Shown here piece by piece: positions 7,541 to 18,616 of a stretch of 28,905 nucleotides of DNA. The position numbers and the translations under genes are program-made. The first letter of the stretch is position 1; every line of letters begins with the position of its first letter. The DNA comes from a virus (Duplodnaviria > Heunggongvirae > Uroviricota > Caudoviricetes), in IMG/VR virus record IMGVR_UViG_2740892258_000013. One strand, written 5' to 3'. The notes under the pieces were generated by a model. The model was not told the origin of the DNA and made no database searches. It saw only the letters and a program-made list of their open reading frames with translations.

Positions 7541-8140
7541 GTGATTGAGATAGGCGTTATGGCCATCCTGAATCAAGAGCCAGGAAAAATTGAAAACGTT
7601 TTTTCTGACATATCAACATCTATCGAGCGTTCAATTTCAGACTTTGATCGCAGTCATAGCGGCTCTTTGTCTAAAAAACAGGCTTCTGAAGCTCTTAGCA
7701 AGATCTACTGCGTTATGTCACCTGTAGAGGAAGTTTGCAAAAAGTACATTACATTCATTGACATATTAAGTAATGGTACAGAAGAAGATATTTCCTCACT
7801 TAATATTCAACATGACGATGTAGATATGTTGAACGATCAGATATCTAAGCTTGATTATGGTATCGCGAAACTGTTGTATACCTTCTTCATCGCTGAGAAC
7901 AGCGATGCGTGGAAGCCCCATATGTCAACTCTTACAACAATGAAAAACCACTCAATCAATACTTTTATAGAATACAAAAGGCTAACAATGGGGCTTGTGA
8001 CGCTAGCAATGCAGCACATACCACTATCATATGCTGAACCTGAAGAGTTCACTGAAGAAGAGTTGGCTTCCTTCAAGAAATCAGTTGAAGATTCACATAA
8101 AAGATTTGGCATGGAAGCACCAAAATGGAAAACCGCATAA
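7541..8140 (+). CDS. Hypothetical acidic protein, first gene of the AT-rich cassette
   Basis: 199-aa ORF with a GTG start (alternative ATG at 7559). No recognisable motifs. Overlaps the next gene by 16 nt. Confidence 0.5.
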   Translation: MIEIGVMAILNQEPGKIENVFSDISTSIERSISDFDRSHSGSLSKKQASEALSKIYCVMSPVEEVCKKYITFIDILSNGTEEDISSLNIQHDDVDMLNDQISKLDYGIAKLLYTFFIAENSDAWKPHMSTLTTMKNHSINTFIEYKRLTMGLVTLAMQHIPLSYAEPEEFTEEELASFKKSVEDSHKRFGMEAPKWKTA

Positions 8141-8544
8141 GCATTGTTGTAGATGCAGCGGCTGGACCATTAGAACAATACTTTGCGAAGGCTCTTGCAA
8201 ACTACAAAAACAGAGGCACCGTTTCAGCTTATCTTGGTAAGATTGGTGGGTTTGAGAGAAACCATCACGCCGTCTTATCGGGAATTTACAAGTCGCACAT
8301 CAGGATCCCTGGAGTAGATGATCCTTGGTTAAGAACAACGCCAATACATCGTAGAGTTAGCGATAACTTTTTGATATTTGCGGTACACAACACATATCCA
8401 ATTCATATCCAGATCATTGCTATCATTAAACCTGATGGTCATGAGAAGGTAAAAAAACTATTGCCAGCCATCATTGATATAACTGAAAAAAGATTCCAAT
8501 CTCTAAATGAGAGGGAGCTTAACTCGTTGATTTCATACAAATAA
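8125..8544 (+). CDS. YafO-family toxin-like protein (putative ribosome-dependent mRNA interferase)
   Basis: 139-aa ORF. Motifs FERNHHAVL and IIAIIKPDGHEK resemble E. coli YafO (FERVAHIHL, LLIAILKPEPHK) as recalled from memory. The function is a hypothesis. Confidence 0.5.
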   Translation: MENRISIVVDAAAGPLEQYFAKALANYKNRGTVSAYLGKIGGFERNHHAVLSGIYKSHIRIPGVDDPWLRTTPIHRRVSDNFLIFAVHNTYPIHIQIIAIIKPDGHEKVKKLLPAIIDITEKRFQSLNERELNSLISYK

Positions 8545-8566
8545 AATATCAACTAAGGGGGTTGGT

Positions 8567-8890
8567 GTGTATACAACAGTTATCGCGATAGCTATCGCAC
8601 TCATTGTGGTTCAGTACCAACTGGCATCTTTAAAACAAAAGATATCTGACCTCAAGACTGAGAACGAAGCACTTAAAAACTCAATAAAAGATGAGAAGAA
8701 CAAACTATCATTCACTATATCTGATATTGAGCAATCCATTGAAATTATTGAGAATAATATTAACAGATTAAAAAAAGAAGATATTCATGAAATCAATGAC
8801 AATATCAAGGATTTGAAATCTTGGCTTAGGAATGTAGGACAAATCGCCACATCAACACGAGATAAGCTCAATACATCCATGGATGATTAA
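8567..8890 (+). CDS. Small membrane protein with N-terminal transmembrane helix and coiled coil
   Basis: 107-aa ORF with a GTG start preceded by a strong AAGGGGG Shine-Dalgarno. Hydrophobic N-terminus (YTTVIAIAIALIVVQY) followed by heptad-like charged sequence. Its stop abuts the convergent gp16 stop. Confidence 0.6.
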   Translation: MYTTVIAIAIALIVVQYQLASLKQKISDLKTENEALKNSIKDEKNKLSFTISDIEQSIEIIENNINRLKKEDIHEINDNIKDLKSWLRNVGQIATSTRDKLNTSMDD

Positions 8891-11050
8891 TTACTCCTGT
8901 GCCATTCCGCTTAGCGACGCTACAATGCCAGCCCTCGCTAAGCGATTGAACTCTTCGTTTCCAACTGCATCGCGTATTGCTTTTACGGCGGCTTTATTTG
9001 CCATAAATCTGCGTTCCGCCGCCGCTAATGCTTCTTTACTTCCGCCAGCTCTTACTGCTTTCGTGGCTTCCTGAACTGCTTTCTCTATCGCATACCGACC
9101 ACTACGTGTGGTGGCAATTTTAGATACAGCACCTTTTAGCCCGGCGCCAACTAAAGCACCTGCGGCAGCGCCTGCAATGCCCCCTCCTGCTCCACCAACA
9201 ATGGCACCTGATGTTGAATTGGCAATTGCATTTAACACTGTTGATGTGACGTTGGATAAACCGGCATCCAGATCGCGTAGTACATTGGCAGTTCTCCCTG
9301 TTCTTTCAATATACTGCTGAGGTTTCACTGCTGCTCTTGCAAGAGTGCCATATGCATCTGCAATTCTTCCAAGCTCTGAGGAATATCGGCTAATGGCTTT
9401 TACATTTTGTGGAGTGAGTATCTCTGCGATATGGTTAATTCCTGCTGCATCAGCTTTACCACCACGTACACCATGCGAGATAGCATCTTGCAACATTGAT
9501 GATATAGCAGGAACACGCTCTGATTCTGGCAGCGCGCGGATCATAGAATGGAATCCAGCAGGACCATTAAGACCTTTAGCTGACGATGATTGAAGGGATT
9601 TTACTCCATTCGTAATCAGTGCATCTGTTGCCAAATCACGCCCGAAAACAGACTCTGCACTCTCTTGTGCTGATAACCTCGCTTTAGACAGATCATTAGC
9701 TTTTTGCCAGTCATCAAGAAATCCGCCGTTTTCCGCCATTGTGCGCATATCATCAGTAATTGCCCGGCGTATTTCCCCTGCTCTCCTTGCCGCATTTGCC
9801 TCTCCGCTACGCTTATATTTTTGCTCCGCATCAGCAAATTTCGCTCTCCATGCTTTCATGCCGTCAAATGTTACTCCACCTTGATTGTTTGCCTGAACAA
9901 ACTGTTTCATTTCAGGAGTAAGCGGTATGCCGGCAGATCGCTCTGCCTGAATAACGGCATTACCATTTAGCATTCTTGCTTTTTGATTTGGCATTGTTGA
10001 CCGCACGTCATCCCATGCCGCGCGCTCGGCATCCTTCATCTGATCAAGATTTTGAAGAATCCTTTGTTTTATAGCCGCACTTTTTTCTGATGCCGTTCCA
10101 GATGCGGCCCCAAATTCATCAAGGTTTCGACTTAACTTTGATGATATTTCGTTAAATGCTGCCTGATGGGCGTCCTGAACAATTCCTGGTGTTGATGCCA
10201 ATGCGCCTTCGGCTTGTGCAATTCCACGACTTCCAGATCGCATTCCTGGTGTTAATGCGTTTATATCAATTCCAGCAGACTCAGCCGCTTTTGCTACATC
10301 TTCGGACACATTAGCGGCCTGACTGGCAATTGACTGACGCCCAGCACCTGACTTTGCCATCCTAGAAACATCATTAGCAGAATTCAGTGCTGCACCACCA
10401 AGAGCCTGTGAAACCCTTGGCGCAATAACGCGCCCGACACCTGAAAGAACGCCTTGAGCACCAATATTGATACCACCGTTAATGGCAGCATTTTGTGCAA
10501 AGTCGCCCTCCTGATTTGCAGCATCAGCAAGAGAACCTGCAATCATGTTTCCGGCGGAACCGATATCTCCAGCGAGCTTTGCTGTCGCTCCAGCAGCTTT
10601 TGCCGCTGTGCCAATTGGCAGGAGATACCCACCAATTGTTTCACCGGCTTGCGCGTAAGGGTCTGTCGGTCGCTCGGCAGGGCGATAAACATCATCCAAA
10701 ACCTTGGGGCCGCCAAGCCCCTGGCTGATTGCATTAATCAGACTTGCGCCACCCTGCAATACGTCAAATGGTATGTTTACCAGACCACGACCAGCCTGTT
10801 CTGCAATTTGCCCTGCACTTTGACCACCTGTGAGCCAATCACCAGCTTGTTGCATCAATGATGGTTCTTCTTTCTGCTGCTGAGGCGGAGGGTATGCTGC
10901 ATAAAACTGATCTCTTGCTTCAGCCCATTTGTCACCAGCCTTAGGGGCAACAACCTCATCAAAATATTGCGCTTGAGCCTGTGCTTTCTGTTCTTCAGTT
11001 AACGCCTGATACTGTGGAGAAGCGATAACATCTTTCCATGCTTTAGCCAT
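8891..11050 (-). CDS. Ejection (internal virion) protein, P22 gp16-like
   Basis: 719-aa Ala/Gly-rich ORF in the gp16 position at the end of the late operon. Overlaps the gp20 stop (TAATG). Confidence 0.8.
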   Translation of the reverse strand: MAKAWKDVIASPQYQALTEEQKAQAQAQYFDEVVAPKAGDKWAEARDQFYAAYPPPQQQKEEPSLMQQAGDWLTGGQSAGQIAEQAGRGLVNIPFDVLQGGASLINAISQGLGGPKVLDDVYRPAERPTDPYAQAGETIGGYLLPIGTAAKAAGATAKLAGDIGSAGNMIAGSLADAANQEGDFAQNAAINGGINIGAQGVLSGVGRVIAPRVSQALGGAALNSANDVSRMAKSGAGRQSIASQAANVSEDVAKAAESAGIDINALTPGMRSGSRGIAQAEGALASTPGIVQDAHQAAFNEISSKLSRNLDEFGAASGTASEKSAAIKQRILQNLDQMKDAERAAWDDVRSTMPNQKARMLNGNAVIQAERSAGIPLTPEMKQFVQANNQGGVTFDGMKAWRAKFADAEQKYKRSGEANAARRAGEIRRAITDDMRTMAENGGFLDDWQKANDLSKARLSAQESAESVFGRDLATDALITNGVKSLQSSSAKGLNGPAGFHSMIRALPESERVPAISSMLQDAISHGVRGGKADAAGINHIAEILTPQNVKAISRYSSELGRIADAYGTLARAAVKPQQYIERTGRTANVLRDLDAGLSNVTSTVLNAIANSTSGAIVGGAGGGIAGAAAGALVGAGLKGAVSKIATTRSGRYAIEKAVQEATKAVRAGGSKEALAAAERRFMANKAAVKAIRDAVGNEEFNRLARAGIVASLSGMAQE

Positions 11051-12399
11051 TAATCACCCCATAAAGACGAGAAACCGGACTTATTGCTGTCGCTTCCTGA
11101 TTTTCGCTCACTAACATATGTGTCATAACCTGATGAACTATATCCCATTGATTCAGCCTCCCTTGCTGCAACCTTTTGAAATACAGAATATTGCGATCGG
11201 ATTTCAGATAACTGTTTTCTGACGACCTCTTCAGGCTGTGTTATATCGAGTTTCGCGATCAGGTTTTCCAGTTTTTGGCCTTCAGCATTGGAGAGGCTCC
11301 CCATACCTCGCATAATCTGCACGTTCTGGACAAACGCACCCGACTTTAATTCTTCTATCGCATTACGGTTTGCAAGCCCTTCAGCACTTGTGAAGCCATC
11401 TATATTTCTTCCTTCGAAGCGACCGATACCTTCAAGCTCCTTCTTACCAAGCAAAGAATCTATTTTCTCTATCCCTCGCTCACCAGTAATCAACGCATTG
11501 TTGTAATTATTGTTGCCATCAAGCCATCTCTTAGCCTGAGACATTCTGGCTGACGTTGCAGCTTTACCGGTTAGAGGATCAATTCCCGTCGCTGCTATCT
11601 GTGAGTTAAGAGACAAAACATCCATATCCTGAAGTTGTCCTGCTCTTTCAAGGGCCGCCTGTGACTGCTTAAACACATACTTGTCGTGATTCAGTCTTGC
11701 CATTTGAGCCTTATAGGAAAGATCCTGCCCCCTAATAGCCCTCGCATTCGTCATGTCATTATTGCGAATGGTTTCGTTAATTCTTTGCTGCTCCTGCTGG
11801 CGACCAACCATCTTGTCCTGAACAGCAAACGCCTTTTCTGGTCCAAGCGCACCGAGAGACATAGTAGTCAGCATGTGTGATAGCTGCTCTGGATTCTGGA
11901 TACCTGTCTGAATCATCCAATCAGCATTCGCCCCCACGCGATTTAACCTGTCCTTGTTGTCAGTAATGAATTTACTGTAGGCTTCCGGTCCCTGAGAAAG
12001 AGCGACGTTAGCCCTCATGGCTAAATCGCCCATATCGTTGCGTTGCTGCTCATTAAGACCGGAAAATGCCTGTTGTGCCTGCGCAACAAACGCTGGATTT
12101 TCCTTGGCAAACTTAAATAGTCCCGATGGATCACCAGAAGCCCATGCATCAGCATGAACCTTATTGAACGCATTAATCGCTTTCTGTTGCTGGTCCTGCT
12201 TATAAATATCAGCAACTCCAGCCAGACCACGTAACGCGGTCAGACCAACGTTATTTGCACCTGATTGAGCCAGTTCATTGTTTTCGCGGATCAGACCAAG
12301 CGTTGCGTTAATGTCGCTTGCCTTTGGCGCATTCTCATTTTGCGCACCAATTCCAGCCAGAAAACCACCAGAATTAATACCCTGTTGCCACGTAGCCAT
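11050..12399 (-). CDS. Ejection protein, P22 gp20-like
   Basis: 449-aa ORF placed between gp7 and gp16, assigned by synteny. Confidence 0.75.
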   Translation of the reverse strand: MATWQQGINSGGFLAGIGAQNENAPKASDINATLGLIRENNELAQSGANNVGLTALRGLAGVADIYKQDQQQKAINAFNKVHADAWASGDPSGLFKFAKENPAFVAQAQQAFSGLNEQQRNDMGDLAMRANVALSQGPEAYSKFITDNKDRLNRVGANADWMIQTGIQNPEQLSHMLTTMSLGALGPEKAFAVQDKMVGRQQEQQRINETIRNNDMTNARAIRGQDLSYKAQMARLNHDKYVFKQSQAALERAGQLQDMDVLSLNSQIAATGIDPLTGKAATSARMSQAKRWLDGNNNYNNALITGERGIEKIDSLLGKKELEGIGRFEGRNIDGFTSAEGLANRNAIEELKSGAFVQNVQIMRGMGSLSNAEGQKLENLIAKLDITQPEEVVRKQLSEIRSQYSVFQKVAAREAESMGYSSSGYDTYVSERKSGSDSNKSGFSSLWGD

Positions 12400-12409
12400 T
12401 GATTACCCC

Positions 12410-13102
12410 TTAAAACAACGAGCCAAGCAGACCAAGACCAGCACCGATACCAGCACCCCACGGAGTTGATAGCTCGAGAGCACTGGCTATGCCACCACCC
12501 AAAAGCGCACCGGATGCAGCACCACTAACACCCTGCCGCAATGCTGACGGTCGGTTGGCGTTTGCCGCTGCAAGAGCCGCGCTTTGCTGTGAAATCTGAC
12601 TCATGTTGTTGGCATATGTTTGCCCGGCGTTTGCCTGCCCCTGAAGAGCGCCAAGACCGATATTTGCCAGGTTGTTGTAATTGTTCATTTGTCCAGATAG
12701 CCATTGCTGACCAAGCGTTGGTGCGATTGTTGCTAACTGATTACTGGTTGCGGTGGAACCCAATCCACCTGTTGCTTCCGCTGCCGCCAGACTCTGATAG
12801 CGAGCCTGACCTGCAAGGTCTTTATACTGCTGAGAGTTGTAATACTGGTTAAGTGCCTGACCTTGCCCTTCCAGAGACGATAAGTTCTCAAGGCTGCCGA
12901 CATACTTCCCAGCCAGAGGAGTAAACAGCTTCAGGTTGTTCATGATGGTGTTGAACTGCTGATTTTGCAGGTCTGCGGCATACTTCTGAGCTTCTGCTGC
13001 ATACTTTGCGCTTTTATCAGAACTGCCACCTTTCCCGCCTTTTTCAGGGTAATAAGGTTCCTCGCCGCGCAGTTTTCTGCCCAGCGTAAATGCATATAAC
13101 AT
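12410..13102 (-). CDS. Ejection protein, P22 gp7-like
   Basis: 230-aa ORF. N-terminus MLYAFTLGRKLRGEEPYYPEKGGKGG and C-terminus ...LGLLGSLF match recalled P22 gp7. Confidence 0.85.
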   Translation of the reverse strand: MLYAFTLGRKLRGEEPYYPEKGGKGGSSDKSAKYAAEAQKYAADLQNQQFNTIMNNLKLFTPLAGKYVGSLENLSSLEGQGQALNQYYNSQQYKDLAGQARYQSLAAAEATGGLGSTATSNQLATIAPTLGQQWLSGQMNNYNNLANIGLGALQGQANAGQTYANNMSQISQQSAALAAANANRPSALRQGVSGAASGALLGGGIASALELSTPWGAGIGAGLGLLGSLF

Positions 13103-13104
13103 GG

Positions 13105-13560
13105 CTATCTCCCGTGATTCAGGAAGTCGATTAGTTCTTCGCGTGTGGCGCTGTAAAACGTCACGTCATCCACGCCTTTGAAGTATTTCTTGATGGTTCC
13201 TACACGCTTAAGGCCAATCATTGCGCAGTACATCTGCCCGTGGCGGAATTTGCGTGCAGCAAATGATGTGACGCACTGAACGGTGGTGTTGGTCAGAATG
13301 TATCGCCAGAACGCCAGCCCTATTTCCTTGCTGAAGCCGCGAATCTCTGGCAGGTACATGGCGTGGCAATCGAATGTAAGCGGCTGAATCTCCTGATAGT
13401 AAACAATGCCGCCAAACTGACCGTGCACGTTCACCTCAAAGTAACGGCAATCAGGTTTGTAGTCGTATCCATCACCGTTGTTGCTCCCGGCGATGATGTC
13501 AGGGTGATTTCCTACTGCTTCGATCAGGTCGATGTTTCGCGTTGGTTTGAATGTAATCAT
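13105..13560 (-). CDS. P22 gp14-like virion assembly protein
   Basis: 151-aa ORF between gp26 and gp7, assigned by synteny. Confidence 0.6.
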   Translation of the reverse strand: MITFKPTRNIDLIEAVGNHPDIIAGSNNGDGYDYKPDCRYFEVNVHGQFGGIVYYQEIQPLTFDCHAMYLPEIRGFSKEIGLAFWRYILTNTTVQCVTSFAARKFRHGQMYCAMIGLKRVGTIKKYFKGVDDVTFYSATREELIDFLNHGR

Positions 13561-14261
13561 CAGTCAATCAGCCCATGTAATCTAAGTGCTGTTTCAAGCG
13601 CCAGAATACGCTGCCGCGCCTGCTCCAAACCTGTAGCGATAGCTGCGACTTCGGATTGTGTGTACGTAGTGCCGACCGTGTATGACTGGTTAGCGTTGAA
13701 TGAGCCAAGAAGTGGTGTGCCTGTGGCCGCTGTCCATCCGGTCTGCCTTGCTCCAACGACCTGAATTCCATCAACTGAATATGATGTTTTTACATCCAGC
13801 GGTGACGCAAGAGACTGCGATTCTGTTACGGTTTTCGATACGTAATCACTCTTAATGTCAGATATATCGCTTTCTACGCCATCCAGTCTTTGGTCAACAG
13901 TGACCAGATGCGCCTGAATATCGATAACCTCATCCAGCAAGTAATCAACATCGCTACGCAGTACAACTATCTTCCCTTCGGCGGTTGTTAACCTGACCTC
14001 AAGGAGATTTATCGCTTTTGTGTTTGCGGTGATTCTTGCATCGTGGTCAGCCAGTTCGACATCCTGTTCATCGTTTTTCACCTGAGCATCGTAAGCGCCC
14101 TGACCAGCCTGATTTGCTTTCCCGGCAATTGCGCCGACATCAGCCCCCTGATTAATGACATACAGCAGGTAAGACTGGCTGAATATATTGCGTGGAAGGA
14201 TTGATGTATCGAGCCGCGTCGCCTGCACAATAACAGGGGTGTTGAGATTCGAATCAGCCAT
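13560..14261 (-). CDS. Tail needle protein, P22 gp26-like
   Basis: The internal start [36 protein letters not shown]... and the C-terminus ...ALRLHGLID match recalled P22 gp26. The ORF-track N-terminal extension overlaps gp10 and is rejected. Confidence 0.85.
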   Translation of the reverse strand: MADSNLNTPVIVQATRLDTSILPRNIFSQSYLLYVINQGADVGAIAGKANQAGQGAYDAQVKNDEQDVELADHDARITANTKAINLLEVRLTTAEGKIVVLRSDVDYLLDEVIDIQAHLVTVDQRLDGVESDISDIKSDYVSKTVTESQSLASPLDVKTSYSVDGIQVVGARQTGWTAATGTPLLGSFNANQSYTVGTTYTQSEVAAIATGLEQARQRILALETALRLHGLID

Positions 14262-15679
14262 TACTCGATCCTTATCTGGCAGCCAGACAGAGTGACAGGT
14301 GACTTCGTGATAACGCGCAATTTGAAGCCGACATTTTTCCTGATGCGCCCGACTCGCTTCCACAAAACGCGTTTGTCGTAAACAAACGGTTCATTCTGCT
14401 CAATCATCTGCTCACGACCGTAATTGATGCCGTCAGTGGTTGCAGAGAGAAAAAGGCGGTCGGCGTACTGCGCAACGCCAGTTGAAGATTCAACTTCAAG
14501 GTCGAAAACTCTGGCGTTATCCGCTTTGAACAGAGGAGTAAACAGCAGATGCTCCTGTTGCTTGTCGTACTGGCTGCTGATGTCGAATTGCAATTTCCCG
14601 GTCACGGACTCCAGCTTATCGCCGCACGTTATCTGATTGCCTTCGTAAATGAAGTCGATAGCGCGGTACACATCGTCATACAGACCTGTTTTCAGTACAC
14701 ACCATTGCGGAGCATTGGCGCTTGAAGATGCGTCGTATACGAGGACATGGCGCGGAAGATGGATAATCAGCAGCTCATGCGCATCAAATCGCAGAGACTC
14801 CATCACACCATCAGCCAGTTCATCAGCAGTGTAGGAGCGAAGAATTTTCTCAATGCTCGCGCTGGCGATTGGTGACACCTGCCCGGAACCGATGATGTAT
14901 ACAGACGGCGCACCTGTTGCCGGATTGCTGATGAACGCATAGGAATCAGCGAATGGCGTTTTGCAATAGGTTCCGGCGATGCCTTTTTGCACCATCAGTG
15001 ATGGCTGTGCGACATACAAAGCAGCACCAACGGTGGTTGCGCCAGTCAGGGAGAAATATTCAATAGTCGATGAACCAAAGCAGACGATGAAGTCTCGCCA
15101 TGTCCCGATACCGATGATGCCGTCCGGCTGCGATTCTGCGCGATATTGTGCACTGTATCGGTCAGGGTGCGATTCGTCTTCAAGGTCAGTGATAAACCAT
15201 GAATCAGTTCCGTCTTTTGACCACGCATAACGCCCACGTAAGCGAGTAATGTCGCGAACTGAACCTAACTCATACTGCGTGAATCCACTGTCTGTAGGCC
15301 AGTTTGAGACGGTTTTAACCGTGCCATCATAACGATACTCGACCAGTTGACCATTAACGCCTACAGCCTGTGATGTTCGACCATGCGCCATTGATACGCG
15401 ACCACTTCCGGCGACGTCACCGACTTCGCTTTCTCCTTTGTACAGCTTGCCGCCACACACGCGATAAACAGCACTCTGCGCCATGTTGTACTCGACGCCG
15501 CGCGATATACCATTCACATCAGAACGTTTGGCAATGCCCGGGAATGAGCGAAGATATCCGCTGCTGTTCAGGATTTCTTTGGGCGTAGCCAACATATTCA
15601 CTGGCAGATAGTCGATATAGTCGGCGTTTCGAAAGTCTTTGCCGACACCTTTCATAAGCGGAAGTTGCTGAATCGGCAT
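14261..15679 (-). CDS. Tail accessory factor, P22 gp10-like
   Basis: 472-aa ORF ([49 protein letters not shown]...), near-identical to recalled P22 gp10. Confidence 0.9.
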   Translation of the reverse strand: MPIQQLPLMKGVGKDFRNADYIDYLPVNMLATPKEILNSSGYLRSFPGIAKRSDVNGISRGVEYNMAQSAVYRVCGGKLYKGESEVGDVAGSGRVSMAHGRTSQAVGVNGQLVEYRYDGTVKTVSNWPTDSGFTQYELGSVRDITRLRGRYAWSKDGTDSWFITDLEDESHPDRYSAQYRAESQPDGIIGIGTWRDFIVCFGSSTIEYFSLTGATTVGAALYVAQPSLMVQKGIAGTYCKTPFADSYAFISNPATGAPSVYIIGSGQVSPIASASIEKILRSYTADELADGVMESLRFDAHELLIIHLPRHVLVYDASSSANAPQWCVLKTGLYDDVYRAIDFIYEGNQITCGDKLESVTGKLQFDISSQYDKQQEHLLFTPLFKADNARVFDLEVESSTGVAQYADRLFLSATTDGINYGREQMIEQNEPFVYDKRVLWKRVGRIRKNVGFKLRVITKSPVTLSGCQIRIE

Positions 15680-15688
15680 TTATTCACC

Positions 15689-16150
15689 TCACGTACTCGG
15701 ATCATCTTTCTCGATGTAAAACCGATTCCACGTAAACGCGCTTTTGTTACCACTACCGCGAGGCATGTCATTTCGCCGCTCAAGTGGTGGTATTTTGGTT
15801 AAAGCGATACAGATTGTCTGATATGCACTGTCAGCAGCGGTAAGGAGAGCGTCTGACGGCTGAATGACGTTATCCATGCACACTTGCACAGCGAGTTTCA
15901 AAGCGACGCCATCATTTGCCCATGCAGGGATACCTGAATCATCGTCAGGTAACGGCATGATGCCGTTTTCTGTATCAGCAAACTGATATCCAAGCTCGAT
16001 ACCTTTAGCCTGCCATGCTGCCATCATGTCTTCGAGGTCATTAATGGCATCTTCAATTGCCTGAGGGTCAGCATCTGTCAACGTGGCATTGGAATACAGC
16101 CCGGCTTTTCGTAAAGCCTTTAGAACGAGATCACCCTTCGTTTTCGCCAT
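15689..16150 (-). CDS. Tail accessory factor, P22 gp4-like
   Basis: 153-aa ORF (MAKTKGDLVLKALRKAG...TLTDADPQAIEDAINDLEDMMAAW...) resembles recalled P22 gp4. Confidence 0.85.
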   Translation of the reverse strand: MAKTKGDLVLKALRKAGLYSNATLTDADPQAIEDAINDLEDMMAAWQAKGIELGYQFADTENGIMPLPDDDSGIPAWANDGVALKLAVQVCMDNVIQPSDALLTAADSAYQTICIALTKIPPLERRNDMPRGSGNKSAFTWNRFYIEKDDPST

Positions 16151-16319
16151 CTTCTTCCGCCTTAGCCACTTTTTGCTTCGTTGCGGTTTCTTCAGGAGTT
16201 TTTACCCAACCTTTTTTCAGGTGAGATTTAACTTCTTCGTCATCAACAATGACGTAATCGACAGCAAACTGACCACAGGTGATCATGTTGCCAGGCTTAT
16301 AGAGCATTGTTCGTGCCAT
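16131..16319 (-). CDS. Small hypothetical protein between coat and gp4
   Basis: Internal start MARTMLYKPG... with a GGGAGAAG Shine-Dalgarno. Overlaps the gp4 start by 20 nt. Function unknown. Confidence 0.4.
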   Translation of the reverse strand: MARTMLYKPGNMITCGQFAVDYVIVDDEEVKSHLKKGWVKTPEETATKQKVAKAEEDGENEG

Positions 16320-16360
16320 TGTCTTCTCCCAATAAAAATGGGGCCGAAGCCCCACCAAAA

Positions 16361-17614
16361 TTACTGCCCGGCAATAACGATGCCCGTATATTCAGGAACA
16401 AGTACAGAGCAACCGTACAGAGTGGTGAAACGAGCAGTGGTTACGCCTTTGATGTGGTCGAAGGCATAAGACATGATCAGCGTAGCGCCCTGCTCGGTGG
16501 TTGCTGTCATTACCTGTGGACCCTGACCTGTCGGGAATGCCAGTTTGCCGTACATCAGCTCAACAGAACCATCAGCCCAGAAGAGGTTAGCAGGTGCTGC
16601 GTTCTTGTTGAGAATGGTGATTGCTGCTGATTCTGCCGGTTTGGCATCGACGTTTGCATATGGACGACTCGCAACATCAGTATTTTCAACAGGGAGAATC
16701 TTTGGAGAAATTGTTACGGTAGTTCCGCTAACAGCCAGAACACGGAATACCTGCGGTTGACCGGTGGTATCTTTTGTGATCTGGTGTACGGAATTCACAC
16801 CGGCAATGGTGAACGCATCACCAACCTGCAAGCCAGATGCAGATACCGTAATAGTCCCCTGTCGGTTATCAACTGGCATACCATTTGAATCTTTCGCTTC
16901 AACCTTGTGTTCAGGTTGGCCTGATACTGTCAAGGATTCAGTGCTTCCTTTCGGTAATCGACCAGAAATATCGGTCTTGTAGCTATCGAAGGACGCAACC
17001 GGAGGGATTTGCGCTTTTTCGTATGCTGTCAGGGTTGCGCCCTGAGCATAGGCACGGTGACCAAGCTCGCCAGCAAGGTCTTTGTAGTTGAAGGGGTTCC
17101 AGAAAGAGCGACGGTTGATACCCTGAGGTACACCAATCGCCGTCATGGTGGCATCAATACCTGCCGCACAGTTCCACAAATCACGGCCCTGTGTACCTGC
17201 GGTTGAGTCAGCCATCGTGATCACGTTAGTAGCACGCTGCGTGACCATGGAAATCAGGTCAGAGTCAATCTGTGCAGCAAGGCGCATACCTGCGGCGCGA
17301 CCAGCTTCAGTTTTATGTTCCGGATCACGCATTTCACGCGCATCCAGAGTGTACAGAATGTTTTTCGGCTCCTTGAACACTGAAGGAACAAGGCGCTGAA
17401 CCAGTGCTGTTGGCGTTTTGCTGCTGAGGTCGAGGCCTTCCTCAATATTCATGTGGTAATGCTGCGGACGATACAGAACATCACCTGCTCGCTGCATTGC
17501 TGTATCACCGGGACGGAATTTTTTAGCGTTACGGGAAACTACGCAGGCGGCCTCAAAGCCTTCAACGTAGTTTTCGAACATGATTTCAAGGTCTTTTGCT
17601 AATTGGTTAGCCAT
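16361..17614 (-). CDS. Major coat protein, P22 gp5-like
   Basis: 417-aa ORF following the scaffold gene, with overall similarity to recalled P22 coat protein. Confidence 0.9.
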   Translation of the reverse strand: MANQLAKDLEIMFENYVEGFEAACVVSRNAKKFRPGDTAMQRAGDVLYRPQHYHMNIEEGLDLSSKTPTALVQRLVPSVFKEPKNILYTLDAREMRDPEHKTEAGRAAGMRLAAQIDSDLISMVTQRATNVITMADSTAGTQGRDLWNCAAGIDATMTAIGVPQGINRRSFWNPFNYKDLAGELGHRAYAQGATLTAYEKAQIPPVASFDSYKTDISGRLPKGSTESLTVSGQPEHKVEAKDSNGMPVDNRQGTITVSASGLQVGDAFTIAGVNSVHQITKDTTGQPQVFRVLAVSGTTVTISPKILPVENTDVASRPYANVDAKPAESAAITILNKNAAPANLFWADGSVELMYGKLAFPTGQGPQVMTATTEQGATLIMSYAFDHIKGVTTARFTTLYGCSVLVPEYTGIVIAGQ

Positions 17615-17632
17615 GCTTAATGCTCCAATAGG

Positions 17633-18526
17633 TTATTTTTTTGCCTTTTTAGCGGCGAAATACGGCGTCCAGTCACCAGTTTCCAGCGCCTTGGCTTTCA
17701 ATTTGTCGAGGTTGTTGATTACTGCGCCGTTGCTCCCCTTAACCGTCGGGGTTGTGGCTGCCGTGGTTTTTGCTTTTGGCATGATTCTGGCCTTCGATTC
17801 GATACGTTCCAGCAGACGACCAATTGCTACGGGGTTGGTAGCTTCTGCCAGTTGCTTGCGCAGTTCAGCGTTGCGACCAAGCGCCAGAACAACGATTTCC
17901 GGCTTCTCTGACTCAAACAGGATCGCGTTTTGTGTCTCGATGGGGATTTCCTCGAGTACGGCCTGCTCAGCTTCCTGATAGCCAGGAACTTTGAGAGCCT
18001 TAACACGTTGCTGATATTTGGATAATCGCTCTTGATAGGCAGCCTGAAGCTCCTGCTCCTTCTGCTTGCGAGCCATCTCCTGTTGCTGGTACTTGCCATT
18101 ATCCTCTGCCCACTTAGCCATGCGTTGCTGGTAGATTTCTTCATCGAAACCGATGTCCTCATCATCCAGTTTTGGCATTCGCGGTGGTTGAGTGATTACC
18201 GGCTGCTGCTCGACGGGTTTCTGAGACTGACGCATCAGCTCTTTCAGCTCGCGGTCTTTCTCTTTAATCGTCTTGCGCAGGTGTTTTACCAGTCCATGCT
18301 CAGCGCCATCTTCGCTGGTTGGCGAATCCAGCTTTTCGTCACCAAAGTAGAATTCCTGTTCTGATTCGTCGTCATCAGTTTCAGTAGCCTCCTCTGCATC
18401 ATTGCCTGAGGACTCACTGCCATCTTCTGTTTCGACTTTTTCAGCCAGTTCGACATCATCAGGAATCTGCTCTGACGCGTCGGTTTCGATTTCAACTTCT
18501 GGTGTGTTTTCTGCCATCTGGTCCAT
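17633..18526 (-). CDS. Scaffolding protein, P22 gp8-like
   Basis: 297-aa ORF with a highly acidic N-terminus, coiled-coil-like middle and a basic C-terminal helix (…KAKALETGDWTPYFAAKKAKK), located between portal and coat. Confidence 0.85.
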   Translation of the reverse strand: MDQMAENTPEVEIETDASEQIPDDVELAEKVETEDGSESSGNDAEEATETDDDESEQEFYFGDEKLDSPTSEDGAEHGLVKHLRKTIKEKDRELKELMRQSQKPVEQQPVITQPPRMPKLDDEDIGFDEEIYQQRMAKWAEDNGKYQQQEMARKQKEQELQAAYQERLSKYQQRVKALKVPGYQEAEQAVLEEIPIETQNAILFESEKPEIVVLALGRNAELRKQLAEATNPVAIGRLLERIESKARIMPKAKTTAATTPTVKGSNGAVINNLDKLKAKALETGDWTPYFAAKKAKK

Positions 18527-18616
18527 TTGTTACCCCTGTTTACTCGATGTTCAGCCCATCGGAAGGCAATAGGGTGCCAGGCCTCATAAAGACAGCCATT
18601 GCACGTTATGGGTTAA

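Noticed and set aside
8883-10861. Several plus-strand ORFs (for example 8883-9074, 9108-9320, 9345-9593, 10454-10861)
   Set aside because: They lie antisense within the gp16 gene and are Ala/Pro-rich shadow frames of a GC-rich coding region.
13560-14363. N-terminal extension of the tail needle ORF (267 aa)
   Set aside because: The extension overlaps the gp10 coding sequence. The conserved gp26 N-terminus begins at the internal Met at 14261.
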